This document shows positions 1 through 9,413 of a DNA stretch of 64,000 nucleotides, piece after piece (position 1 is the stretch's first letter; each line of letters opens with the position of its first letter). The position numbers and the translations under genes are program-made. The notes below the pieces were generated by a model. The model saw only the letters and a program-made list of their open reading frames with translations, was not told the DNA's origin and ran no database searches. The stretch spans positions 1,860,014 through 1,924,013 of the forward strand of contig CAVOYH010000003.1 in NCBI GenBank assembly GCA_963700635.1, read 5' to 3'. Source of the stretch: an uncultured Bacteroidota bacterium (GTDB lineage Bacteria; Bacteroidota; Ignavibacteria; UBA10030; UBA6906).

Positions 1-1
1 C

Positions 2-1009
2 TCACGGACAGGCTCCGGAGAGGCGCAATGGCTCGGTGACCTGCTGCTGCACGGTTCACACGAAGGCGTTGACTTCAGGAGCATTCCTCCCCGGCGACGT
101 GTATACGAACTGCTGTACTACGATCCATCGGTGGTAGGAAAGCAGCCCGGTCCCGGGATCCGACTGTTCGAGGATGGAGGGCAGGCATTCTGCCGCGGGA
201 CTGGCGCGTCTCCGTGGAGTGTCACGTTCCGGGCTGGGCCGCCGATCGGCGTTCAACGATATCGAGCCGGCGAACGCGGAGCGTACGGACACGGCGATCC
301 GATGAACGGATCCTTCCTCGTCTCCCGGGAGGGTGGCTTGGTGATCAGCGGTCCGGGTCCCACCTACCGTCGGACAACATCACTGCACAACACGATCACG
401 GTAAACGGGAAAGGGCAGATCGGAGACTCCACCGTCTGGCTCCCCGACTTCATTCCCCCGCATATGCTCTGTCCTCTTCCTGAATCCCGGATCGTCAACG
501 GCTGCCTGTCTCTCTCCGTGGACCTTGCGCCGGCATACCTCCCGTATCTGGGTGTTCTCCGGTGTCGCCGTACCCTGTACATCGATCCAGACAACCTGAT
601 TCTGGGCGTGGATGACGTCGCGTGTAATTCCGTATCGACCATCGCCTGGAGTATTCACTCGTGGGGAGGCATTGAACAACTCTCCGGATCACGTCCAACA
701 GGCTTCCGGATCGCCGGCGGCTCGTCAGGGGTCTGGTTTTTCTCCCCGGAGTTACTATCATGGAAGACCGGGTGGACGGAACTGGTTCCGGCCTATCCCA
801 ATGATGGCAGGCGCGACCTGTTTCTCCGGGGGGAAGTTAAAGGACGCGAGGCCCGGTTCGTATGGGCACTGGTCCTCGGGCGTGAGGGAAGCCCCCCCCG
901 GTGGAAGGAAGACAACAAGAGACCGGCGTTTGTCCTTGCAGACGGAACCGTTCTCCGCTACAGGAACACCCACTTTTCCCCCGAGCTGGATTATGATCAG
1001 GCACCTTGA
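2..1009 (+). CDS. Heparinase II/III-like protein (C-terminal part; gene begins upstream of window)
   Basis: Frame is open from base 2 (SRTGSGEAQWL...LLYYDP). HGDPMNGSFLV and HNTITVNGKGQ resemble the H-x-D-x-N-S-F and HNT motifs of Hepar_II_III C-terminal domains. Confidence 0.7.
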   Translation, partial: SRTGSGEAQWLGDLLLHGSHEGVDFRSIPPRRRVYELLYYDPSVVGKQPGPGIRLFEDGGQAFCRGTGASPWSVTFRAGPPIGVQRYRAGERGAYGHGDPMNGSFLVSREGGLVISGPGPTYRRTTSLHNTITVNGKGQIGDSTVWLPDFIPPHMLCPLPESRIVNGCLSLSVDLAPAYLPYLGVLRCRRTLYIDPDNLILGVDDVACNSVSTIAWSIHSWGGIEQLSGSRPTGFRIAGGSSGVWFFSPELLSWKTGWTELVPAYPNDGRRDLFLRGEVKGREARFVWALVLGREGSPPRWKEDNKRPAFVLADGTVLRYRNTHFSPELDYDQAP

Positions 1010-3434
1010 TCGACTTGCTGATCGCGCATGCTGGATCGCGGGCGACCGTGTCAACGCGCTCATTGCAGTTGAGGCCAACGGGATCGCCGAACTCGGGTTC
1101 CACGGTCTTCAACCTGTGAGCCGGAACTCGAGGATGTTTGTCCGGCCGTCAGGCACTCTCTCCATTTCGGTGCGGGGCAGGGACGGGGGGGAGTATCCGC
1201 TGACGCCCTCGTCGATTGACTGGCAGCCGTACGGTATTCACAGCTGGAGTGAGGTGCGCGGGCAAACCGTGCATGTGACGATCGTGGCAGGGAAACGCTT
1301 CTTGCGTGTTGCAGCCCATCGGTCGGGGGGAGACCAGCTGATCCTTGTGTTGCGGTTCTCCCTGAGCTCTTGCTTTCGAGCGGTCCGGGGTGATCGTGTT
1401 TGGAGTCAGCCGGAAGTTCGTGGTGGCTGGCTCCACCTGCATTGTCGTGACCGCATCATGCTCAAGGAATGGATACGACAGACCGGGCCGTATGCGGGGG
1501 ACTTCCTCATTCCCGAGCCCTGGCGCCGGCTGCTGTTTGCCCGGAGCGTGCGGTCAGGGCTGGCATCTCATCAAGACCTTCGTCCGGAATTCAGGGACCT
1601 CGATGTTCCGCTCTATGACGCTGACACATGGATCCGTATGGGAGGGGAGGGGGTGGTCGTGGAGAGCAACCTGGAGGAGTTTATCTTTTTCGCACCACTC
1701 GCTGCTCCGGTACGGGGAGTGGGGGATTTCTTCATCGAATTCAGCGAATGTTCTGGTGCCTTTGAAGATCCGGGGGTTCTTTCGCTCCAGACCGCGGAGA
1801 CCCAGAACCACTACGAACGCCTGGAATCACGATATGTCAGGTTCCGCCTTCCAGGATATCCATCGCTCCAGCAAGTGCTGACCTCGGTTCCGGGGATCGT
1901 TCGCTCTGCCACCGTCCAGGATTTCGGGATGACACGGGCCTCCCCGGGGGCATATTACTGGATCTGGGCATGGGACAATCTTGTGGTCGGGCAGGAGGCG
2001 GTTCGCTGGGGAGAGACGGAGACCGCATCGGACATTGCCCGGTTCATTACGACACACCGCGATGCAGGCGATGCGATTCCGGCCCGATGGACCCGATCGG
2101 GTCTCCCTCTCGATACTCCCCCGCAGGGCGCGCTGGAATTTCTTCTCCTACATCTGGCCACCGTGGTGGCGGCGGAGTCAGGGATTACGCAGGGAATGCT
2201 CGACATCTATCCTGTTGCGGCCCGCTTTCTCAGGCGATGCAGTCAGGACAATCCGGATGACGGGATGCCGCAAAACATCAGCTTTTATCCTGACAACCCG
2301 GCCGCGTTTGGCCGGACAGAACAGAGCGTGGTTGCGCTCGAGGCCGGCGCACTCTACAGCTTCTGCCGGCTCATGGAAAATGCCGCGTGCCTGCTGCATG
2401 ACGACACCACGGCGAATGTCGCCCGCACGCTTGCCGGGCGGATCGCCGGACATTTCCTTCCCCGGTTCTGGGACGATACCAGGGGTTTCCTCCGTGATGC
2501 ATTTGACCGGCAGACGGGGGAATCAGTTGCAACCTTTCCTCTCTTCACGCTGCTCTTCCTTCAAACCCCTCTCGGCCTTGCCCTCATCCGACCACATCTT
2601 GCCCGACTCGCCGCATTCATGCGGACGCACCTTCAGTCGGTCCGGGGAATTCGGATGCTTCCGGTCTGGGACATCCATCGGACTGCTGAGGTCGCTCTGT
2701 CTTCGTGGTATCCACACTGGGACATCTATCTTCTTAAACTCTACCGCCGGGCGGGCGAGCGAACCGGCATCATGGAATGGCTCAGGTCGGCCGACGACAC
2801 GGTGGTGCACCTTGGCTATGTGCCTGAATATCTGGTCATCGATGATACGGCGGAAGAAACGAACCCTGGTCGATGGTTGCACCACGGTGCGGCGTCAAAT
2901 CTGAACTGCGCAACCGGTTGGTTTCGCGCAGCGCTTGAGGGAGTCTACGGGCTGGAATTCGACCCGGGCGGAATGACGGTGCTTCCCCTGGACCTGCCAT
3001 TGGATCAGCTCGAGGTTCGCCGACTGCGGCACCGGAGCTCGTCCTGGCATGTGAAGATCCAACATCGTGGACCGGCATTGCAGGAGCTGCGTATCGATGG
3101 CACCCTTCAGAGGGGGTGCACAAAAATCCCTGTCACCACGCATGACGGCACGACGCACCTCCTTGAGGTACTCTACGGGAGCGGATACACAGGTCCGTCC
3201 TTCTCTGAACTCATCAACGGGGAAGTTCTGGAATCCCACGGCGACGAGAGACACGCACGGGTCCTGGTCAGGGCCCTGGGCATGATGGACATCGCCGTCG
3301 CCTCCGGACCTGCCGTTGACTTTGCTGTCGATGGGAAACGGATTCCTTTGGCGACAGACTTCTCCAGCGGCGGCGGTTACGTCCAGGTCCCCCTTTTCGG
3401 GGTCCATGAATTGACACTTTCACTCACATCCTAG
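993..3434 (+). CDS. Putative six-hairpin (alpha/alpha)6 glycoside hydrolase (GH63/MGH1- or debranching-like)
   Basis: Start moved to ATG 993, which overlaps the upstream gene end. YYWIWAWDN and FWDDTRGFLRD segments are typical of six-hairpin glycosidases. Sits in a sugar operon. Confidence 0.6.
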   Translation: MIRHLDRLADRACWIAGDRVNALIAVEANGIAELGFHGLQPVSRNSRMFVRPSGTLSISVRGRDGGEYPLTPSSIDWQPYGIHSWSEVRGQTVHVTIVAGKRFLRVAAHRSGGDQLILVLRFSLSSCFRAVRGDRVWSQPEVRGGWLHLHCRDRIMLKEWIRQTGPYAGDFLIPEPWRRLLFARSVRSGLASHQDLRPEFRDLDVPLYDADTWIRMGGEGVVVESNLEEFIFFAPLAAPVRGVGDFFIEFSECSGAFEDPGVLSLQTAETQNHYERLESRYVRFRLPGYPSLQQVLTSVPGIVRSATVQDFGMTRASPGAYYWIWAWDNLVVGQEAVRWGETETASDIARFITTHRDAGDAIPARWTRSGLPLDTPPQGALEFLLLHLATVVAAESGITQGMLDIYPVAARFLRRCSQDNPDDGMPQNISFYPDNPAAFGRTEQSVVALEAGALYSFCRLMENAACLLHDDTTANVARTLAGRIAGHFLPRFWDDTRGFLRDAFDRQTGESVATFPLFTLLFLQTPLGLALIRPHLARLAAFMRTHLQSVRGIRMLPVWDIHRTAEVALSSWYPHWDIYLLKLYRRAGERTGIMEWLRSADDTVVHLGYVPEYLVIDDTAEETNPGRWLHHGAASNLNCATGWFRAALEGVYGLEFDPGGMTVLPLDLPLDQLEVRRLRHRSSSWHVKIQHRGPALQELRIDGTLQRGCTKIPVTTHDGTTHLLEVLYGSGYTGPSFSELINGEVLESHGDERHARVLVRALGMMDIAVASGPAVDFAVDGKRIPLATDFSSGGGYVQVPLFGVHELTLSLTS

Positions 3435-3454
3435 CAGATACGCACGGAAACTCT

Positions 3455-5260
3455 ATGCTCGAACCGATCAAGCAGGTGAACATACTCGATATCGCTGTCA
3501 TCGTATCCTATCTCCTCATGCTGACCGGCGTCGGCATTTATCTGACGCGGTTCAACAAAACCGTTGACGATTTTTTCAAGGGGGGAGGGAAGATACCGTG
3601 GTGGATCTCGGGCTTGTCGACGTTTGTGGCCGGTTTTTCTGCATTCATGTTCGTTGCGGCTGCAGGATACACCTATAAGAACGGTCTCGGAGCCATGGTT
3701 CTGTTTACATCGGCCGTGTGGGGCTATGGTCTGGGGTTCCTGGTGTATGCTCGCCTGTGGCGCCGCTCACGCCTCTCGTCGCCCATGGAACTTCTTACAC
3801 GCCGTTTTTCCCAGGGGACGACATACTATTACACGCTCCTGTCCATTGTCCCGGCAGTTATGGGGTTGGGGTTGAGTATCTACATCCTGTGTATTTTTGT
3901 GGCAACGGCACTCGGCATCATGTCGGTGACAGTGAACGTCGGTTTCATGCAGCTTTCGGGGCTGGAAATCTCGATGATTGTTACCGGGGTAGTCATGCTC
4001 ATCTATACGAGTGCCGGGGGTCTCTGGGCGGTGGTCATCACCGATTCTCTCCAGTTCTTCATCATTCTGATCGTGTCCCTCCTGATCTTCCCGCTCACGT
4101 TTTTTGCGCTTGGGAACTCTTCAAACATCCTCGTTGGTTTTGAACGGCTGTTTGCGGAAGCCCCGGGCGGGTATCTTACACTGGTGGATGTGTTTACCCG
4201 TCCCTGGTTCTACCTCGCCTATCTGATAAGCTCACTCATCGGGTACAATGCCGCGTGGCACATCGGCCAGCGGTACTACAGTGTGCCGACGGAGATCGAC
4301 GCACGAAAGATGGCCCTGCTCTGCGCTGGACTGAGTATGGTGCTTCCCGTGTTGTGGATCGCTCCGACGATGGCGGCCCGGATAATGGTTCCCGATATCG
4401 CCGCGCTCTGGCCGCAGCTTGCAGAACCCGCGGAAGCATCATATGTCACGCTCGCACTGACGCTGCTTCCGAACGGCCTCATCGGCCTGACCCTCTCCGC
4501 GATCCTTGCAGCGACCATGACGTCCATCGACACGCAGCTCAACTATCTGGCATCAATTCTTGTCCGTGACGTCTTTGCGAAGATGCGATCGACGCTTACG
4601 CTCAAGGACGCCAGTGAGCGGGGTCTGCTTAATGCAGGGCGGATCACCGCATTCACGCTCGGCATCCTGGCGATTATCACTGCAATCATTGTCCAGCGCT
4701 CCAAGGGTGTGTTTGATTTTGCGCTGATGTACTATTCATGGTTTGCACCATCCATGCTGACGCCTGTTATGCTGGGGTTCCTCTATCGCCGTACTCCTTC
4801 CTGGTCGGCTATTGCAGCCGCGTCGGCAGGGTTGTTCGTCGTGTTGATAACCAACGTGTTTATTGATGTACGACCGTATCAATATGAGGTGAACATTTTC
4901 GGTGGGGTCGGGGTGACCGCGCTGGTGTTCTTCCTCTCTGCATTCTTTACCGAACGGGACGTCAGGGCCGGGCAGCAGAGAAACGAACTCTTCGCCGATC
5001 TCGTCAAGCCGGCAACGGATGATCGACTTCGGTGGTCGGCAAATGCCCTGTCATCGTATCGAATCGTCGGGCTTCTGACCGCATCGATCGGCGTCACCGT
5101 GCTCGGACTCGGACTTGTCCCGACAACGCCCGTTGTCCGGACCCTGACGCTCTTGCTTGGCTCGGGGACGGCGCTTCTCGGGTGGTCGATGATGTGGTAT
5201 TTCCGCCGCCAGTCGCGTCAACAGGCGGCTTCCGGAAAACAGGAGGAGCCTCATTCATGA
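3455..5260 (+). CDS. Sodium:solute symporter (SSS) family transporter
   Basis: Many TM helices. DFFKGGGKIPWW, YTSAGGLWAVVITDSLQ, QRYYS and LLPNGLIGL...AATMTSID are SSS signatures. Confidence 0.92.
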   Translation: MLEPIKQVNILDIAVIVSYLLMLTGVGIYLTRFNKTVDDFFKGGGKIPWWISGLSTFVAGFSAFMFVAAAGYTYKNGLGAMVLFTSAVWGYGLGFLVYARLWRRSRLSSPMELLTRRFSQGTTYYYTLLSIVPAVMGLGLSIYILCIFVATALGIMSVTVNVGFMQLSGLEISMIVTGVVMLIYTSAGGLWAVVITDSLQFFIILIVSLLIFPLTFFALGNSSNILVGFERLFAEAPGGYLTLVDVFTRPWFYLAYLISSLIGYNAAWHIGQRYYSVPTEIDARKMALLCAGLSMVLPVLWIAPTMAARIMVPDIAALWPQLAEPAEASYVTLALTLLPNGLIGLTLSAILAATMTSIDTQLNYLASILVRDVFAKMRSTLTLKDASERGLLNAGRITAFTLGILAIITAIIVQRSKGVFDFALMYYSWFAPSMLTPVMLGFLYRRTPSWSAIAAASAGLFVVLITNVFIDVRPYQYEVNIFGGVGVTALVFFLSAFFTERDVRAGQQRNELFADLVKPATDDRLRWSANALSSYRIVGLLTASIGVTVLGLGLVPTTPVVRTLTLLLGSGTALLGWSMMWYFRRQSRQQAASGKQEEPHS

Positions 5261-6177
5261 AACGCCCCATACGCGTCAGCAGCGTCCAGCTGCCGACGGT
5301 GGTTCCCGGAAAGAGTTTCGCGGAGAGACAACGGAACAATCTCCGCGGTATTCTGGACTCCCTCCGGACGGCGGGGGAGCGATCCAGCGACCTCGTGCTG
5401 CTCGGTGAATATGCCAATCTACACCACCGGACCTGGTCGACCAACCGGAAGGAATATGTGCCGGACCCGATTCCGGGAAAAACGACATCCGCCATTGCTG
5501 CATCCGCACGCAGGTACCGAATGAATGTGGCCTTTCCCATGTTTGGCGTCTGGCAGGGTGTGCTCTCAAGCTACGTCGTACTCTTCGATCGGCGCGGCAC
5601 GATTATCGGCTGCTACCAGAAATCACATCCCACGGAGCACGAACAGGAACTGGGAATCCGCCCGGGTGAGGATATTCCGGTCTATCAGCTTGATTGTGCG
5701 CGTGTCGGGATCATGACCTGTATGGATATTGAATATCCCGAGGTCGCCCAGGTGCTCATGCTCCGGGGTGCGGAGCTTCTCCTGTTTCCCCATGTCCAGG
5801 CAAGCTGGGGGGAAGTGGACTGGGAGATCCGCTATCGGGCGCGGGCGGTCGATACCGGTCTGCCCGTGGTCTCCGCCTGCTATGGATACGCAGAAGGAGA
5901 GTGGATGCCCGGCAAGATGATCGGACGAAGCAGCGTTGTGGGGCGCGACGGACTCATTCTCGCGGATCTTGGACGCCACGTCGGGGTGCTGACACACGAG
6001 ATTGATCTCGGGAAGGGACGGCGGACGCTCTTCTTCTTCAATACCGTCTACGACCGGACCAATGCTGTGATTGCGTCTCGACGGCCCGAGTTGTACCATG
6101 TACTTGTTGATCCGGCCCCGAAAGAGCTGGTACGGCGCCGGCTGCGTTCCCGTCCGAAAGGAGTGCGTCATGGCTGA
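5257..6177 (+). CDS. Carbon-nitrogen hydrolase (nitrilase/amidase superfamily)
   Basis: ATGA overlap with the SSS stop and an AGGAGG RBS. Catalytic triad E (LLGEY), K (YQKSH), C (MTCMDIEYPE). Ends with RRPELY. Confidence 0.88.
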   Translation: MKRPIRVSSVQLPTVVPGKSFAERQRNNLRGILDSLRTAGERSSDLVLLGEYANLHHRTWSTNRKEYVPDPIPGKTTSAIAASARRYRMNVAFPMFGVWQGVLSSYVVLFDRRGTIIGCYQKSHPTEHEQELGIRPGEDIPVYQLDCARVGIMTCMDIEYPEVAQVLMLRGAELLLFPHVQASWGEVDWEIRYRARAVDTGLPVVSACYGYAEGEWMPGKMIGRSSVVGRDGLILADLGRHVGVLTHEIDLGKGRRTLFFFNTVYDRTNAVIASRRPELYHVLVDPAPKELVRRRLRSRPKGVRHG

Positions 6178-6964
6178 ATCTCTCCCTGTTGCAGTGATCA
6201 CCGGCGCAAGCAGGGGTCTGGGGCGGGGCATCGCCCGAAAACTTGCCGAGCAGGGCTTTTCACTCGTCATCAACTATGCGGGAAACGCAGAGGCCGCCGC
6301 TGAGACGGTTGAGGTGTGCAAGGCGCGACAATCCCATCTTGACCAGCGGTTCGTCGCCTTCCAGGCAGATATGGCGGTACAGGAGGATCGTCTTCGTCTC
6401 GTCGACCAGACTCTGAGTGGCCTCGGACGCATCGATGTTCTCGTGAACAATGCCGGTATCGGCCCGCACGTCCGTGCGGACGTCACCGAGACATCACTTG
6501 AATCGTTCCAGCACGTGCTCCAGGTCAACCTGGAAGGCCCGTTTTTCCTCACACAGGCGGTCGTCCGATACTGGCTCGAACAACGTCCCGATCCTGTCCT
6601 GCCGCATGGATTCAGCATCGTCAATATTTCCTCTGTTTCGGCCGATACCGCGTCGCTCAACAGGGGGGAGTATTGTATTTCCAAAGCCGGACTCTCAATG
6701 GTGACACAGCTCTGGGCCGTCCGCCTTGCGTCACACCGGATCCATGTCTATGAACTTCGACCCGGCATTATGGCGACAGACATGACTGCAGGTGTGAAAG
6801 AAAAGTACGACAGGATGCTCGGCGAGGGACTTGTGCCGCAGAACCGGTGGGGTCAACCGGACGATGTCGGCAGAGCAGTGGGTGCGCTCGTGCGGGGAGA
6901 CTTCGCGTACTCGACGGGAGGAGTCATCCACCTCGACGGCGGCATGCATCTCAGGAGACTCTAG
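6170..6964 (+). CDS. Short-chain dehydrogenase/reductase (3-ketoacyl-ACP reductase-like, probably a sugar oxidoreductase)
   Basis: TGASRGLG, NNAG and YCISK motifs. AAGGAG RBS before ATG 6170. Confidence 0.9.
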   Translation: MAESLPVAVITGASRGLGRGIARKLAEQGFSLVINYAGNAEAAAETVEVCKARQSHLDQRFVAFQADMAVQEDRLRLVDQTLSGLGRIDVLVNNAGIGPHVRADVTETSLESFQHVLQVNLEGPFFLTQAVVRYWLEQRPDPVLPHGFSIVNISSVSADTASLNRGEYCISKAGLSMVTQLWAVRLASHRIHVYELRPGIMATDMTAGVKEKYDRMLGEGLVPQNRWGQPDDVGRAVGALVRGDFAYSTGGVIHLDGGMHLRRL

Positions 6965-7031
6965 GGTATCCGATGGTCCCCTGATGGCGACCGGGGCACA
7001 ATCAACTTCTCATTCTTAACACAACATCCCC

Positions 7032-8405
7032 ATGATGCATATCCATACTGATCTGACACCTGCCGCACTTCAACCACAGCTACTCCGCCTGTTCGACCTC
7101 TCTGCGCGGAAACTCAGGCTCCTGCACGATTCCTGGGACCCGGCGCACGGGACGCCGGTGTTCACGGTCGCCGGACGCTATACGTCGCGGGGCTGGACCG
7201 AATGGACCCAAGGTTTCCAATTCGGATCAGGCATCCTCCAGTACGATGCCACGGACGAACCGGTGTTTCTGGAGATCGGAAGGAAGGCGACGGTCTCGCT
7301 GATGGCCACACACGTCAGTCATGTCGGTGTCCACGACCATGGCTTCAACAATATCAGCACATACGGCAATCTCCGGCGACTCATGCTGGAAGGCCGCCTT
7401 CCGATGAACGACTGGGAACGCACCTTCTATGAGCTCGCCCTCAAGGTGAGCGGAGCTGTCCAGGCGGCACGGTGGACTGACCTGGGCGGGGGGGCCGGAT
7501 ACATCTATTCGTTCAACGGTCCGCACTCCCTGTTTGCGGATACGGTTCGTTCGCTCCGGGTTCTGGCTGTCGCCCACCAGCTCGGCCACGTGCTGATGGG
7601 AGAAAAGGATAGGAAGATCTCGCTCCTGGAACGGCTCCTTGCACACGGGGCAGCAACCTCGACATACAATGTGTATTTCGGCGAGGGGCGGGACATCTAT
7701 GACATCCGGGGACGTGTCGCACACGAATCCATTTTCAATCTGAATGACGGCTCGTATCGCTGCCCGAGTTCCCAGCAGGGATATGCGCCGTTCACAACAT
7801 GGACACGCGGGCAGGCCTGGATTCTGTGCGGGTTCGCAGAACAACTTGAGTTTCTTTCGACGCTTCAGGATACGGCATTCCCGGCCGATCGTCCGAAAGA
7901 CGCCGTCCTGGAGCTTTTCGAACGAACGGCGGAAGCAGTAGCCGACTTCTACATTGAGCAAACGCCCATCGATGGCATCCCGTACTGGGATACCGGGGCA
8001 CCGGGGTTGGCCCGGATGGGGGACTACCGTGCGCAGCCTGCCGATCCGTTCAACGACTTCGAACCGGTCGACAGTTCCGCGGCGGTCATTGCAGCCCAGG
8101 GACTCCTGCGCTTCGGGGGGTATCTCCAGCAGAAAGGGTCATCGAAAGAGGGAACACGGTATTTCCAGGCGGGTCTGACGGTGGCGAAGAATCTTTTTGC
8201 TGAGCCCTATCTGTCTCTCCAGGATGATCACCAGGGGCTCCTACTCCACTCCGTGTATCATCGTCCGAACGGTTGGGACCACGTGCCGCCGGGGAGGAAG
8301 ATCCCGTGTGGCGAGGCAACCATGTGGGGGGACTATCATGCGCGTGAGCTCGCCCTGCTGCTGCTGCGGATGGGATCAGGCAAACCGTACCTGACGTTCT
8401 TCTGA
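7032..8405 (+). CDS. GH88-like unsaturated glucuronyl hydrolase family protein
   Basis: EWTQGF, HDHGF, TWTRGQAW, PYWD, DSSAAVIAA and WGDY motifs typical of GH88. Confidence 0.8.
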   Translation: MMHIHTDLTPAALQPQLLRLFDLSARKLRLLHDSWDPAHGTPVFTVAGRYTSRGWTEWTQGFQFGSGILQYDATDEPVFLEIGRKATVSLMATHVSHVGVHDHGFNNISTYGNLRRLMLEGRLPMNDWERTFYELALKVSGAVQAARWTDLGGGAGYIYSFNGPHSLFADTVRSLRVLAVAHQLGHVLMGEKDRKISLLERLLAHGAATSTYNVYFGEGRDIYDIRGRVAHESIFNLNDGSYRCPSSQQGYAPFTTWTRGQAWILCGFAEQLEFLSTLQDTAFPADRPKDAVLELFERTAEAVADFYIEQTPIDGIPYWDTGAPGLARMGDYRAQPADPFNDFEPVDSSAAVIAAQGLLRFGGYLQQKGSSKEGTRYFQAGLTVAKNLFAEPYLSLQDDHQGLLLHSVYHRPNGWDHVPPGRKIPCGEATMWGDYHARELALLLLRMGSGKPYLTFF

Positions 8406-8413
8406 GCACGCGT

Positions 8414-9397
8414 TCAGCTATTCACGGCACGGAAGAACGCTTCGAGATTCGCCATCGGAGCCGCTGCAGGAATGTCGCATCCCGACGAGACGACGAAATT
8501 CCGATACTGTTGTGTTTCCTGAAGAAGTGATGTGGTGCGGGCCCCGACTTCGGCCGCACTGCAGCCGACGAACACTTCGGAAGGATCGAGGTTGCCACAG
8601 AGGATCACGTCGCCCGGGACCTTTGCAAGACCCGCGACGATGTCCATCGGTTTCCCGAAGTGAACGATACGCGCCCCCGCCTCCAGTGATGCCTCCAGAT
8701 GTCCAATCCGCGCCCCGCAGTTGTGCAGGATAATGCGGAAGGAATCGTCATCCAGAGCATCCACGATTCTGTGTATGTACGGGGATGAGAACGCCCTGAC
8801 CGCATTGGGAGACATGAGTCCTGCTGTGGGCTCTGCAATGATAACCCCGTCCGCTCCCTGCTCCTTGAAGGCGCGCGCGTATGCCAACAGATACGGTGTT
8901 GTTTTCTCGAGAAGAGCATGTATGACATCGGGATCGCCCGCCGTTTCGGCGAGGGACTCGCTGACGCCGAACAGGCGCCCTGCCAGCGAAAATGGACCGA
9001 TCATGCCGGCCAGGACGCCGGCATCCGGACATGCCTGCCGGAGTTGCCGGACGGTTTCGATGTAGACAGCGCTGCGTGCCGTGCCGACGCCGGGGACCGG
9101 CAGCGACTGGATCCCCGCCATGTCCGCCACCAGCCTTCCAATCACAGTGGGTACTTCCCAATCAGCAATCTGGATCGTTGCGCCGAACTCCTCCGCTTCA
9201 ACGCTGAGGTCCATTGCGGACATGACGAATGGCATCCCAAATCGCTCGCGCAGTTTCAGCTGAGCGCGGACCTGGTGTTCGGCGTTGGAGACCATGGCGC
9301 GGACCGTGGTTCTGGCAAGAGAAGCCCCGGGAAACGTCAACACCGGCATCGCGAGCCGCCGGGTGGAAGCACGTATAGTTGTGGTGAGAGCATTCAT
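8414..9397 (-). CDS. URO-D / MtaA-CmuA family methylcobamide methyltransferase (MT2-like)
   Basis: VEAEEFGA, GPFSLA, Zn-ligand LHNCG ... SSGCD, and GNLDP motifs. Confidence 0.85.
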   Translation of the reverse strand: MNALTTTIRASTRRLAMPVLTFPGASLARTTVRAMVSNAEHQVRAQLKLRERFGMPFVMSAMDLSVEAEEFGATIQIADWEVPTVIGRLVADMAGIQSLPVPGVGTARSAVYIETVRQLRQACPDAGVLAGMIGPFSLAGRLFGVSESLAETAGDPDVIHALLEKTTPYLLAYARAFKEQGADGVIIAEPTAGLMSPNAVRAFSSPYIHRIVDALDDDSFRIILHNCGARIGHLEASLEAGARIVHFGKPMDIVAGLAKVPGDVILCGNLDPSEVFVGCSAAEVGARTTSLLQETQQYRNFVVSSGCDIPAAAPMANLEAFFRAVNS

Positions 9398-9413
9398 CCT
9401 GGTGTATCCTGAC

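Noticed and set aside
612-992. ORF-track N-terminal extensions (612, 5032, 6071, 15496, 19420, 20594, 37611, 58314, 59244)
   Set aside because: They overlap upstream genes. Downstream ATGs with an RBS or ATGA coupling give better starts.
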